From Macrostomum lignano (lineage: Eukaryota): a DNA stretch of 64,000 nucleotides. A program made the position numbers and the translations under genes. The notes below the pieces were generated by a model, which had not been told where the DNA came from, made no database searches, and was given only the letters and a program-made list of their open reading frames with translations. The DNA is taken from NCBI GenBank assembly GCA_002269645.1, contig NIVC01001103.1, forward strand, positions 62,001-126,000, given 5' to 3'. Positions 23,706 through 35,674 of this stretch are shown here, piece after piece; positions within the stretch are counted from its first letter, which is position 1; every line of letters begins with the position of its first letter.

Positions 23706-24359
23706 ATCCAGGTGCGCAAGGACATCTGGAGGTCGATCCGAGTTGGTGCACAATTCATTCAGTGCTTTAGTTATTTTGGCACTTTGAAAGAAGGCTCAGT
23801 AACTTCTGCAAATCACCTAAAATGTGGAGCAATTTCGCCATTAAACCCTTAATCAGGTAATCCTCAAGCTGTCGCATTTGTTGCGCGAAATAAAATTTAA
23901 TAAACTATAGAATAGCGCCAAGTTGATTTCGAAACTTTCTTCTTCTTTGCTCGATGCTAGAGAGATTACTGACTGATGCGGGGGATTCTTCCCGCACCCC
24001 TTCAGTCCCACCCAATCGTCTGGGGTAATTAACGCCCACCTGAGCTTGCCTCCTCGGATTTCCAGGCTCGAGTTGTCACTCATGCGAGCCATTTTGCCAA
24101 TTCGACTCTTTAGCCGCCTGTAAATCAAAGAGATTGCAAGTACTCGTATGCAGCCGTGCACTTTTGGCAGTGCAGAGCTGCAGTTTTGCTTGTTGGACAG
24201 TGGATAACAACTGGAGGTCAACATATTCAATGGTAACGGAATCTACTTTGTACAGGGGGTAACTCAGTAGTTTGTTAATTTTATCTCATCCATTAAAACT
24301 AAAAGCTAACGGTAAATAAATAATAGTAGATACAAGTTACTTATATAGTTTACTACAGT

Positions 24360-25265
24360 TGTCACCCAACCATTGTTTTGTCACCCAACTGATATCTATT
24401 GTCACCTAAATGATATCTATTGTCACCTAACTGATATCTATTGTCACCTAACTGATATATATTGTCACCTAGCTGATATCTATTATCACCTAACTGATAT
24501 CTATTGTCACCTAACTGATATCTATTGTCACCTAACTGATATCTATTGTCACCTAACTGATATCTATTGTCACCTAACTGATGTCTATTGTCACCTAACT
24601 GATATCTATTGTCACCTAACTGATATCTATTGTCACCTAACTGATGTCTATTGTCACCTAACTGATATCTATTGTCACCGAACTGATACCTATTGTCACC
24701 TAACTGATATCTACTGTCACCTAACTGATACCTATTGTCACCTAACTGATATCTATTGTCACCTAACTGATACCTATTGTCACCTAAATGATATCTATTG
24801 TCACCTAACTGATATCTATTGTCACCTAACTGATATCTATTGTCACCTAACTGATATCTATTGTCACCTAACTGATATCTATTGTCACCTAACTGATACC
24901 TATTGTCACCTAAATGATATCTACTGTCACCTAAATGATACCTATTGTCACCTAACTGATATCTATTGTCACCTAACTGATATCTATTGTCACCTAAATG
25001 ATATCTATTGTCACCTAACTGATATCTATTGTCACCTAACTGATATCTATTGTCACCTAACTGATATCTATTGTCACCTAACTGATATCTATTGTCACCT
25101 AACTGATACCTATTGTCACCTAAATGATATCTACTGTCACCTAAATGATACCTATTGTCACCTAACTGATACCTATTGTCACCAAACTGATATCTATTGT
25201 CACCTAACTGATATCTATTGTCACCCAACTGATATCTATTGTCACCTAACTGATATCGATTGTCA
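24360..25265. repeat. 21-bp minisatellite, ~43 copies
   Basis: TATTGTCACCTAACTGATATC units. Confidence 0.95.
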
Positions 25266-25794
25266 CGTAACAGTCCAACGCATCTAATTTTAAACACATC
25301 TAACAGTTTAACAGTAACAGTGAATACAAAAAGAAATTTATTCTCCAGTGTCTGCTCAAAGCATTAATTTTTATCGCAGCATTGTTCTCAAAGCAAGAAA
25401 TGAAATAAATCTGCTCATTCGAGAAGAATCAATTCCTATTGCATTAATCCAGCAAGAATCCACTATATATTAAACTGATTGAACTGATGCAAGGCAAGCA
25501 TTTGTCTACTCTGATACAGTAGCCTGATATTGAAACACGAGACTCTCTGAAACAATGATGCAGTATTGAACGCGTATTGGATGCAGTGTGCATTTTTATC
25601 CCGTTTTAATCACTGCCGAATCATGCTAGCCTGTCATTGTTTTGCATGGTTACGAGGAGCATTCTGTAGCTGGCAATATGAGAGGTTCGAACCATCTATA
25701 TAGGGATTAATGTAATAATTCCAACTCTCTGCTTGGTTAACAACCTAACAGTTTGCAGAAACTCCAGCTTTTATTGAAATCAGATGATCCAGAT

Positions 25795-28390
25795 ACACGT
25801 AGGTGATTTCCAGTAGATAATCACTCCCAGACAGGTGATTTACAGTAGATAATCACTCCCAGACAGGTGATCCCCAGTAGATAATCACTCCCAGATAGGT
25901 GATTTCCACCAGATAATCACTCCCAGATAGCTGATTCCCAGTAGATAATTACTCCCAGATAGCTGATTCCCAGTAGATAATCACTCCCAGATAGACGATT
26001 CACAGTAGATAATCACTCCCAGATAGATGATCCCCAGTAGATAATCACTCCCAGATAGATGATTCCCAGTAGATATTCACTCTTAGATAGGTGATTTCCA
26101 GTAGATAATCACTCCCAGATAGGTGATTTCCACCAGATAATCACTCCCAGACAGGTGATTTCCACCAGATAATCACTCCCAGACAGCTGATTCTCTGTAG
26201 ATAATCACTCCCAGATAGGTGCTTCCCAGTAGATAATCACTCCCAGATAGATTATCCCCAGTAGATAATCACTCCCAGATAGCTGATTCCAAGTAGATAA
26301 TCACTCCCAGATAGATGATCCCCAGTAGATAATCACTCCCAGATAGCTGATTCCCAGTAGATAATCACTCCGAGATAGCTGATTCCAAGTAGATAATCAC
26401 TCTCAGATAGCTGATGTCCAGTAGATAATCACTCCCAGATAGATGATTCCCAGTAGATATTCACTCTTAGATAGGTGATTTCCAGTAGATAATCACTCCC
26501 AGATAGATGATCCCCAGTAGATAATCACTCCCAGATAGCTGATTCCCAGTAGATAATCACTCCGAGATAGCTGATTCCCAGTAGATAATCACTCTCAGAT
26601 AGCTGATTTTCAGTAGATAATCACTCCCAGATAGATGATTCCCAGTAGATAATCACTCCCAGATAGATGATCCCCAGTAGATAATCACTCCCAGATAGCT
26701 GATTCCCAGTAGATAATCACTCCCAGATAGCTGATTCCCAGTAGATAATCACTGCCAGATAGGTGCTTCCCAGTAGATAATCCTCCCAGATAGGTGATTT
26801 TCAGTAGATAATCACTCCCAGATAGATTATTCCTTGTAGATAATCACTCCCAGATAGTTGATTCTCAGTAGATAATCACTCCCAGATAGCTGATTCCTTG
26901 TAGATAATCACTCCCAGATAGGTGATTTGCAATATAGATAATCACTCCCAGATAGGTGATTTGCAATATAGATAATCACTCCCAGATAGGTGATTTGCAA
27001 TATAGATAATCACTCCCAGATAGGTGATTTGCAATATAGATAATCACTCCCAGATAGGTGATTTGCAATATAGATAATCACTCCCAGATAGGTGATTTGC
27101 AATATAGATAATCACTCCCAGATAGCTGATTCCCACTAGATAATCACTCCCAGATAGCTGATTCCCAGTAGATAATTACTCCCAGATAGCTGATTCCCAG
27201 TAGATAATCACTCCCAGATAACTGATTCCCAGTAGATAATCACTCCCAGATAGATGATTCCCAGTAGATAATCACTCCCAGATAGGTGATTCCCAGTAGA
27301 TAATCACTCCCAGATAGATGATCCCCAGTAGATAATCACTCCCAGATAGCTGATTCCCAGTTGATAATCACTCCGAGATAGCTGATTCCCAGTAGATAAT
27401 CACTCCCAGATAGCTGATTTCCAGTAGATAATCACTCCCAGATAGATGATTCCCAGTAGATATTCACTCTTAGATAGGTGATTTCCAGTAGATAATCACT
27501 CCCAGATAGATGATCCCCAATAGATAATCACTCCCAGATAGCTGATTCCCAGTAGATAATCACTCCGAGATAGCTGATTCCCAGTAGATAATCACTCTCA
27601 GATAGCTGATTTCCAGTAGATAATCACTCCCAGATAGATGATCCCCAGTAGATAATCACTCCCAGATAGCTGATTCCCAGTAGATAATCACTCCGAGATA
27701 GCTGATTCCCAGTAGATAATCACTCTCAGATAGCTGATTTCCAGTAGATAATCACTCCCAGATAGATGATCCCCAGTAGATAATCACTCCCAGATAGCTG
27801 ATTCCCAGTAGATAATCACTCCCAGATAGCTGATTCCCAGTAGATAATCACTGCCAGATAGGTGCTTCCCAGTAGATAATCCTCCCAGATAGGTGATTTT
27901 CAGTAGATAATCACTCCCAGATAGATTATTCCCAGTAGATAATCACTCTCAGATAACTGATTCTCAGTAGATAATCATTCCCAGATAGCTGATTCTCAGT
28001 AGATAATCACTCCCAGATAGCTGATTCCTTGTAGATAATCACTCCCAGATAGTTGATTCTTAGTAGATAATCACTCCCAGATAGCTGATTCCTTGTAGAT
28101 AATCACTCCCAGATAGGTGATTTGCAATATAGATAATCACTCCCAGATAGGTGATTTGCAATATAGATAATCACTCCCAGATAGGTGATTTGCAATATAG
28201 ATCATCACTCCCAGATAGGTGATTTGCAATATAGATAATCACTCCCAGATAGGTGATTTGCAATATAGATAATCACTCCCAGATAGGTGATTTGCAATAT
28301 AGATAATCACTCCCAGATAGCTGATTCCTTGTAGATAATCACTCCCAGATAGGTGATTTGCAATATAGATAATCACTCCCAGATATGGGA
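25795..28390. repeat. 32-34-bp minisatellite with higher-order structure
   Basis: GTAGATAATCACTCCCAGATAGCTGATTCCCA units; variant blocks recur about 1.0-1.1 kb apart. Confidence 0.95.
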
Positions 28391-28976
28391 CTCGCTAGTG
28401 TAGACAGTCACTTTATCAACCGGTAGATAATCAACTCCCAGGTGAATGATTAAACTGTAGATAATCATCCCCTATGTTAGGCAAAGCCTGACAAAGAAAC
28501 GGCCTTCCCTAGATAGGGGTTTATTTTTAAGCAGGACCTCAAAATGCACAAGAACCTCAGCAGAAGGAAGCTACGATGCAGAGCTCACAAATTGCAATTT
28601 TAAGCGCGGCTGCAGGTGGCCGGAGGAGAAGGTGACACGGACAATTTGAGTGGCAACAAACAGAGGCCAGGTTTGCGTGTAAATCTGTGAGAGCGGCTCA
28701 AGGCGGAGCAGAGTCGGGGCTGAGCAGGATGAACAGCTGCACAAAAAGCCAGTCCCAATTACAGGCTGGTCTCACGACTGTCCCGAGCTTGGGTCCTCTT
28801 GTCCTTGTTGAGACTGCGTGAGGACTGCAGCTACTGAGCTCAAGGCTTCGCTTTGACAATTATCAATCGGAATTAGTCTGAGCCCTCTCACTCCAGTGTT
28901 TAATAGACTTTTACTAAACACTCGTCACTTGTTTTTTCAACCCCTCTTCATTTATTCATCAAATACTGTGAATCAG

Positions 28977-29641
28977 TGCCGAGGTCGGCTAATTCTTTGT
29001 CTTAAGGGCCAGATGGAGAACCTGGCGCATGACTGCGGGCCACAGGAGGGGAGAGAGGAGATGGAATAGAAAAGAGACGAGAGAAGATAATAGAAGGGAG
29101 AGGAGAAGAGATAAGAAAGGAGAGAGGAGAGGAGGGAGAGAAAAGAAGAGAGAGAGGAGAGGAGAGGAGAGGAGAGGAGAGGAGAGAGGAGAGGAGAGGA
29201 GAGGAGAGGAGAGGAGAGGAGAGGAGAGAGGAGAGGAGAGGAGAGGAGAGGAGAGGAGGAGAGAAGAGGAGAGAAGAGAAGAGAGGAGACAAGAGGAGAG
29301 GAGAGGAGAGGAGAGGAGAGGAGAGGAGAGGAGAGGAGAGGAGAGGAGAGGAGAGGAGAGGAGAGAGGAGAGGAGAGGAGAGAGGAGAGGAGAGAAGAGA
29401 GGGGAGAGGAGAGGAGAGGAGAGGAGAGGAGAGGGGAGGAGAGGAGAGGAGAGGAGAGGAGAGGAGAGGAGAGGAGAGGAGAGAAGAGGAGAGGAGAGAG
29501 GAGAGGAGAGGAGAGGAGAGGAGAGAAGAGAGGGAGAGATGAGATTAGAGAAGAGAGCTGAGAAGAGACACAAACCTTGAGCGGGCCATATTGCTATTGT
29601 GAAGTTTCAAAGGACCCGAGAGCCGGAGGTTGCAGACCCCT
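28977..29641. mobile_element. hAT/Charlie-like MITE carrying an expanded (GAGAG)n tract
   Basis: Left end GAGGTCGGCTAA..AAGGGCCAGAT..GCGGGCCA; right end GGAGGTTGCAGACCCCTG (hAT-type CAGGGG terminus in reverse). Purine microsatellite at 29040-29575. Confidence 0.55.
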
Positions 29642-31042
29642 GAATTAGTGCAATTATAAATCGAATAGCACTGCTTGACCTTGGCTGCGCGCTAAGTTTC
29701 TCGAATATCACGATATACTTGAATTAATCCAATAATCCCTATCATTTGCGCTCGATACAGTTTGTCGAAAGAGGCCTGACTGCATGTATACAGGATCAAG
29801 GATAAGTATGTATGAAAGGTACGGTAGCCACAGGAGATAAGAGAGGAAACAGGATATGTCTTAGCCATACAGGTAGACGAGAGGCTCATTTACAACTAAA
29901 CTGAGTGGCCTCCTCCGATGTCAAGTTTTGTGCTTTTTGTGCTTTCATTTACGAGTATACAAAGACATGGCGGATTCCGCGTGCTTAGGGACTTCTCACA
30001 CGGGATATAGCTGAGTTCTCCTAGGCTCTTATTCAATAATTCATTGGACTAACCGGGAATTAAGCTGGATTAAGAGGTGGCCCTGGCGAACCTGCTGGAT
30101 TTCGAGAGTTTAAGCGCGCCCATGACATTAGCGCGCCTGTGTATTTTTTGGCAGCCAATGTTCAGGATTCGATGAAAATAAGTATTTTCTATTGAAAGTG
30201 AAGCTGTGTTATGCACGAGGGATAAAAACCTGTTGTCTGGTAATTAGTGGGCACTTATGTCAGTTGCTTCCAAGTAAAGTACGCTTTTGTCAACAATCTG
30301 CCAATTAAAGTGCGCTTATTGATAATGCCTGTGACTGTCTTTAAAACGCGTACTTGTGTCATGCGCGTGTTTTTTTATTATATCACGCGAGAATAATAGA
30401 GAAGTCACGTGATCAATGAATCTGTGAGCCATGGACACCTAAAAGTAGAACTTGGGCTCTACACTCGAAAATGGTGATAAAAGGCAATTTGCAAGCAACA
30501 GCTCCTTCTGTGGGCAGTGCGACTCGGCGCGGATGATATGGCAGAGATAGCTGACCTCAAGCAGATCAATGCTGAGCAGTATAGACCCGGGTTGTGTCAA
30601 TATCGCGACCTGTTTCAGTTCATTGCAAGTGTGTGTTGGCGGGAGGGGGTGGCAATTGGAATGCAGACTTGGAACTGTCGGTGCCCCCCCCCCACTCACT
30701 GCAGGTAGCCTCAGTGTATAGAAAAGGCGTTGCCCTTTTGCCCGCCCGCATGGCATGGCCGCGAGGGGCCGCCGACTGGCCTGTCACCGTATCGCCCCAG
30801 AGAGAGACGGTGAGCACAGCCAGGCATACAGTGCTGCATGGCGAACACAGCAGCAGAGCAGCAGCAGCAGGTTATACTCAGTCGCTTTGCTTACCACCCG
30901 CTATTGCTCGCTATTCTAGTAGCTGGGTAAGGGATTTTCGGCGGGAGAAAGAGAGACTAGGAGAACTCCGCTAGTCAACGACCTGTTCTAGATTCAGTAT
31001 CTGGAATGGGAAATACAAAATATATGCATGTACAAAGCTACT

Positions 31043-31618
31043 TCACCCTGCTGTGATTGGGCAGCAGCTCTGAGCTCCCAAGTTCACCCTGCTGTGATTG
31101 GGCAGCAGCTCTGAGCTCCCAAGTTCACCCTGCTGTGATTGGGCAGCAGCTCTGAGCTCCCAAGTTCACCCTGCTGTGATTGGGCAGCAGCTCTGAGCTC
31201 CCAAGTTCACCCTGCTGTGATTGGGCAGCAGCTCTGAGCTCCCAAGTTCACCCTGCTGTGATTGGGCAGCAGCTCTGAGCTCCCAAGTTCACCCTGCTGT
31301 GATTGGGCAGCAGCTCTGAGCTCCCAAGTTCACCCTGCTGTGATTGGGCAGCAGCTCTGAGCTCCCAAGTTCACCCTGCTGTGATTGGGCAGCATTTCTG
31401 AGCTCCCAAGTTCACCCTGCTGTGATTGGGCAGCAGCTCTGAGCTCCCAAGTTCACCCTGCTGTGATTGGGCAGCAGCTCTGAGCTCCCAAGTTCACCCT
31501 GCTGTGATTGGGCAGCAGCTCTGAGCTCCCAAGTTCACCCTGCTGTGATTGGGCAGCAGCTCTGAGCTCCCAAGTTCACCCTGCTGTGATTGGGCAGCAG
31601 CTCTGAGCTTCAAAGTTC
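31043..31618. repeat. 41-bp near-perfect minisatellite, ~14 copies
   Basis: AAGTTCACCCTGCTGTGATTGGGCAGCAGCTCTGAGCTCCC head-to-tail, with no spacers. Confidence 0.95.
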
Positions 31619-32399
31619 ATCACACTCATTTTGGGCGTGTGCACGAAACTACGAATATTAATGATAATATGATTATTATTTGTTGTTATTACGCACACAA
31701 TTAATTATTTCGATAATAAGCAATCTTTAAAGAGTTGACCATTCAATTCTAGCCTGACAATTTTTATTCCAGTGTTAGGTGATTTTAGAACTCCTTGACT
31801 CGTCCAGGGACCGCGCGCGCGCAGGAGCAAGAAGCCCAGACAGAAGAGAGAAAGAAGGAGTTGGGCGGTTGATTGCGGGAAGATTCGTTATCTGCTTGAG
31901 CTGGCGCGTGGGCTTGCATAGGGTTAGAAGTCGCCGACAGATGATTTATTGCCTATGCTTGGCAATCGGAGACCGTCTGAGCAGTTACCCCCCCCCCCCA
32001 CCCCAAATAGACTGACAATTGGCTACAGAACGCTACACACGCAGAGCCTTTTGAAGTGCAGTTTTCTTTGTCTCTTTGAACAAATTTCTCGCCAGCTTGA
32101 CTCGGCTAGAATAGTATTTTCCGGCACCAGACCTGTTTAATTTCATATCTAACTTTGCCACTGGTTATGGTAGCTCGTATGCTTTGTCAGTGCAATAGAA
32201 ACTCAAATCTCATTGCTTGCTTAGGCCTCGTAGCTTACCCGTAGCTTGAGATAATGAAATGGAATACTAGAATTTTATAACAACATTCCTTACAGTACTA
32301 GGAAATCCAAATCCCCATTGAGACTACCTTAGTATTTCCTGAAACGGCCGATTCATATGAGATTGTCTAAAAAAACTAATATAAAACACACAATGTCTA

Positions 32400-33455
32400 A
32401 AACCCATTCAGAAAAATTATAAATGATATGAGATTATCCAAAACGCCAAGAGATTATCTTAAACCCAATGAGCTTATCCAAACCGTCATGAGATTATCCA
32501 AACCGTCATGAGTTTATCCAAACCGTCATGAGATTATGCAAAAACCAATGAGATTATACAGAACCCATTGAGATTATGCAAAACCCAATGAGATTATGCA
32601 AAACCCAATGAGATTATGCAAAACCCTATGAGATTATGCGAAACCCAATGAGATTATACAGAACCCAATGAGATTATACAAAACCCTATGAGATTATACA
32701 AAACCCAATGAGATTATCCAAAGCCCCATGGGATTATACAAAACCCAATGAGATTATGCAAAACCCAATGAGATTATGCAAAACCCTATGAGATTATGCG
32801 AAACCCAATGAGATTATACAGAACCCAATGAGATTATACAAAACCCTATGAGATTATGCAAAACCCAATGAGATTATACAAAACCCAATGAGATTATCCA
32901 ACACCCAATGAGATTATCCAACACCCAATGGGATTATCCAACACCCAATGAGATTATCCAAAACTCAATGAGATTATGCAAAACCCAATTAGATTATCCA
33001 ACACCCAATGAGATTATCCAACACACAATGAGATTATCCAAAACCCAATGAGATTATCCAACACTCAATGAGATTATCCAACACCCAATTAGATTATCCA
33101 ACACCCAATGAGATTATACAAAACCCAATAAGATTATCCAAAACCCGATGAGATTATCCAAAACGCAATGAGATAACCCAAAACCCTATGAGATTATACA
33201 AAACCCGATGAGATTATCCAACACCCAATGAGATTATCCAAAACTCAATGAGATTATCCAACACCCAATGAGATTATCCAACACCCAATGAGATTATCCA
33301 AAACCCAATGAGATTATCCAACACCCAATGAGATTATCCAACACCCAATGAGATTATCCAACACCCAATGAGATTATCCAACACCCAATGAGATTATACA
33401 AAACCCAATGAGATTATCCAAAACCTAATGAGATTATCCAAAGCCCAATGAACTT
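32400..33455. repeat. 20-bp minisatellite
   Basis: AAACCCAATGAGATTATCCA units. Confidence 0.95.
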
Positions 33456-34597
33456 ATAAAAATTCAAGATGAAAACACTTGGAATCCAGAATAAATTAAT
33501 TACTTTGCTCTCTCAAATTGAATCACAAACAACGCTGGCCAAGCATGCCATTTTATAATTAAACTCATTCAATCATTTAAACAAATCAAACAAAAGCAAA
33601 TAAGGATTTTCAAATTCAAAATGAGATCAGTAAAACAAAACAGCTGCTTTGAAATGGCGGGCGGTCATGCAACCAGCCAGCACAGGACTTGTCCAGTATG
33701 ACAACTATTTTGTACAGATACAAAAAACACTCTCGGGTATTGTTGGTGCTGCTAAATAAGCAATTCAATATGCCGCAGGTATGGCATGAGCAACTTAATC
33801 ATGGACAGATGTTTATAATTAATGAAATTGTCAAATATCCCAGGTACACACAAGAAATGCAACATCAGAAAAAATGGTTAATTTATTTATACATATGTCA
33901 TAATAAAGGTATACTATGAATAGTAAATAATACAGTAATACAGCCCAATGAGAAAATTCTTTAAACCGAATACTCCAACACTCGTTGAATAGCTCAATAC
34001 TAATTGCATACACGCATATGTATATAATAAATATTTGATTTAATGAACAGGTAAAACTACAGTTATAATTAAAACAAGAAGAAATTAAAAAAAACACTGC
34101 TTATCGAAAATCTTATAAAGCAATAAAAAAGAATCACAATTTTTGAAAACTTGCTCACTGATGCTTGCTGGTGCACAACAGAAGACACGGGAAGCGGGGG
34201 ACATAGCCGGGCATACATTGGTGTATAAATAAAGGTCTCGAGAAAAAACACACAATTCAAGAAAATAGCGCCTGAACTGAACGATCGACTTGAATGCTGC
34301 TGGTTTGCCATCATCATCCTGGTTTATTGAATGCGACCCCAACAAATTAAATAGCTAACGACTCACAGTTAGCTGTAATGATGCGCAATACACAACAGTT
34401 AGCGAAGCTGTTGAACTACGATCTATATAATAAGCGGCTTTAAATAATTCTAAGTCGGCTAATAAAGCTAGCAATGCCGATAATGATTCTTGATGCGCGT
34501 GGCGGGGGCACCGATCGAGTGTGGAGATGAGATATGCGCATGTTGTCTAACAGGTAGCACGAGCACTTTATGAACTGCAGCTTGGGTTGGGGCACAG

Positions 34598-35643
34598 CTA
34601 GGCTGGACTGCCAGAGGCCCTGCTGACACCACTGTTGTACCTGAGTGGTTGTCGCTGCTGCTGCTGCTGTTGCTGTTGTTGTTGTTTAAGCTGCTGCGGA
34701 TGCTGAAGATGAGGCGGCATGGGCGGCTGCAGAGGCAAAGGCAGCGGCAGAGGGCCAAGCATGCGGTGCTGCTGCTGCTGCTGCTGTTGAACCATCTGCT
34801 GTTTCCGAAGCATCGCCTGGTGCTGCTGCTGTGGCGGCGAGCGCAGCAATCCGTGCATCTGCAGCTCCTCCTCGCTGCACGCGCCCGAGCTGCAAGGCGA
34901 GCCGCTGCTACGCGACGGACAATCGAATGCTTGCCGATCCTGGCGGACGCGTTCGAGCATGCCCAGCAGCTTCTTGATGGCGCCCTGGGTGAACTCCAGC
35001 GCCTCCAGTGTGGGCCTGTCTATGGCCAGCAGCTGCTCGAAGCTGTACTTGCGCAGCCGATCGAAGTATTTGTGCATCCGGTGCGTCTTCAGCCAGGTGA
35101 GCAGTTTAGATTGATAGTCTTGCCTGCGTGTGGCCGGGAGAGACATTGTACTCACAACTGAGGCACTGGGCTAGTGGCTATATATAACTAAATAGAGAAC
35201 GGTCGCTCACCCATAATGGCAGGCTGGGTACACCGCGGTACCTTCACCAGTGTAACCGACGCTTCCAACTGTGAGAGATTGGAACTGCAGCATCAGGCCT
35301 GAAATGATTGTTGAAATCATAATTGAGTGAATCGAATTCGGTTAACAGGTTATAGACGGCAATGTGGGATAAGTGGTCGAGCCTGGCGGATTCCAAGGAT
35401 TGGGACTCACCGCTAAGGGGACTAGTGGGCGGCGGCGGCATCGGCGGGGCAGCAGCGGCAGCTGGTGATGGTGGTGGGGGTGGGGGTGCGGCCCGGCGGG
35501 GTAACCGTAGTATGCCGGCGACTGCGGCTGCTGCTGAGGCGGCGGTGGCGGCGGCGGTGGCGCCTGCGGCAGAACAGCGAACGGAGACATGAAAGCTGCC
35601 GCAGCGTAATAGGGGCACTGAGGCGGGCCGCCGAGGCAAGAGT

Positions 35644-35674
<31 letters not shown>

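Noticed and set aside
23127-25297. Repetitive ORFs (CTRAPVHQS, GDNRYQL, TDIYCHL)
   Set aside because: Artefacts of the 16-bp and 21-bp minisatellites, open in several frames and on both strands.
31043-31618. CRISPR-like array (regular ~41-bp repeats with an internal palindrome)
   Set aside because: Units are head-to-tail with no unique spacers, there are no cas genes, and the context is eukaryotic.
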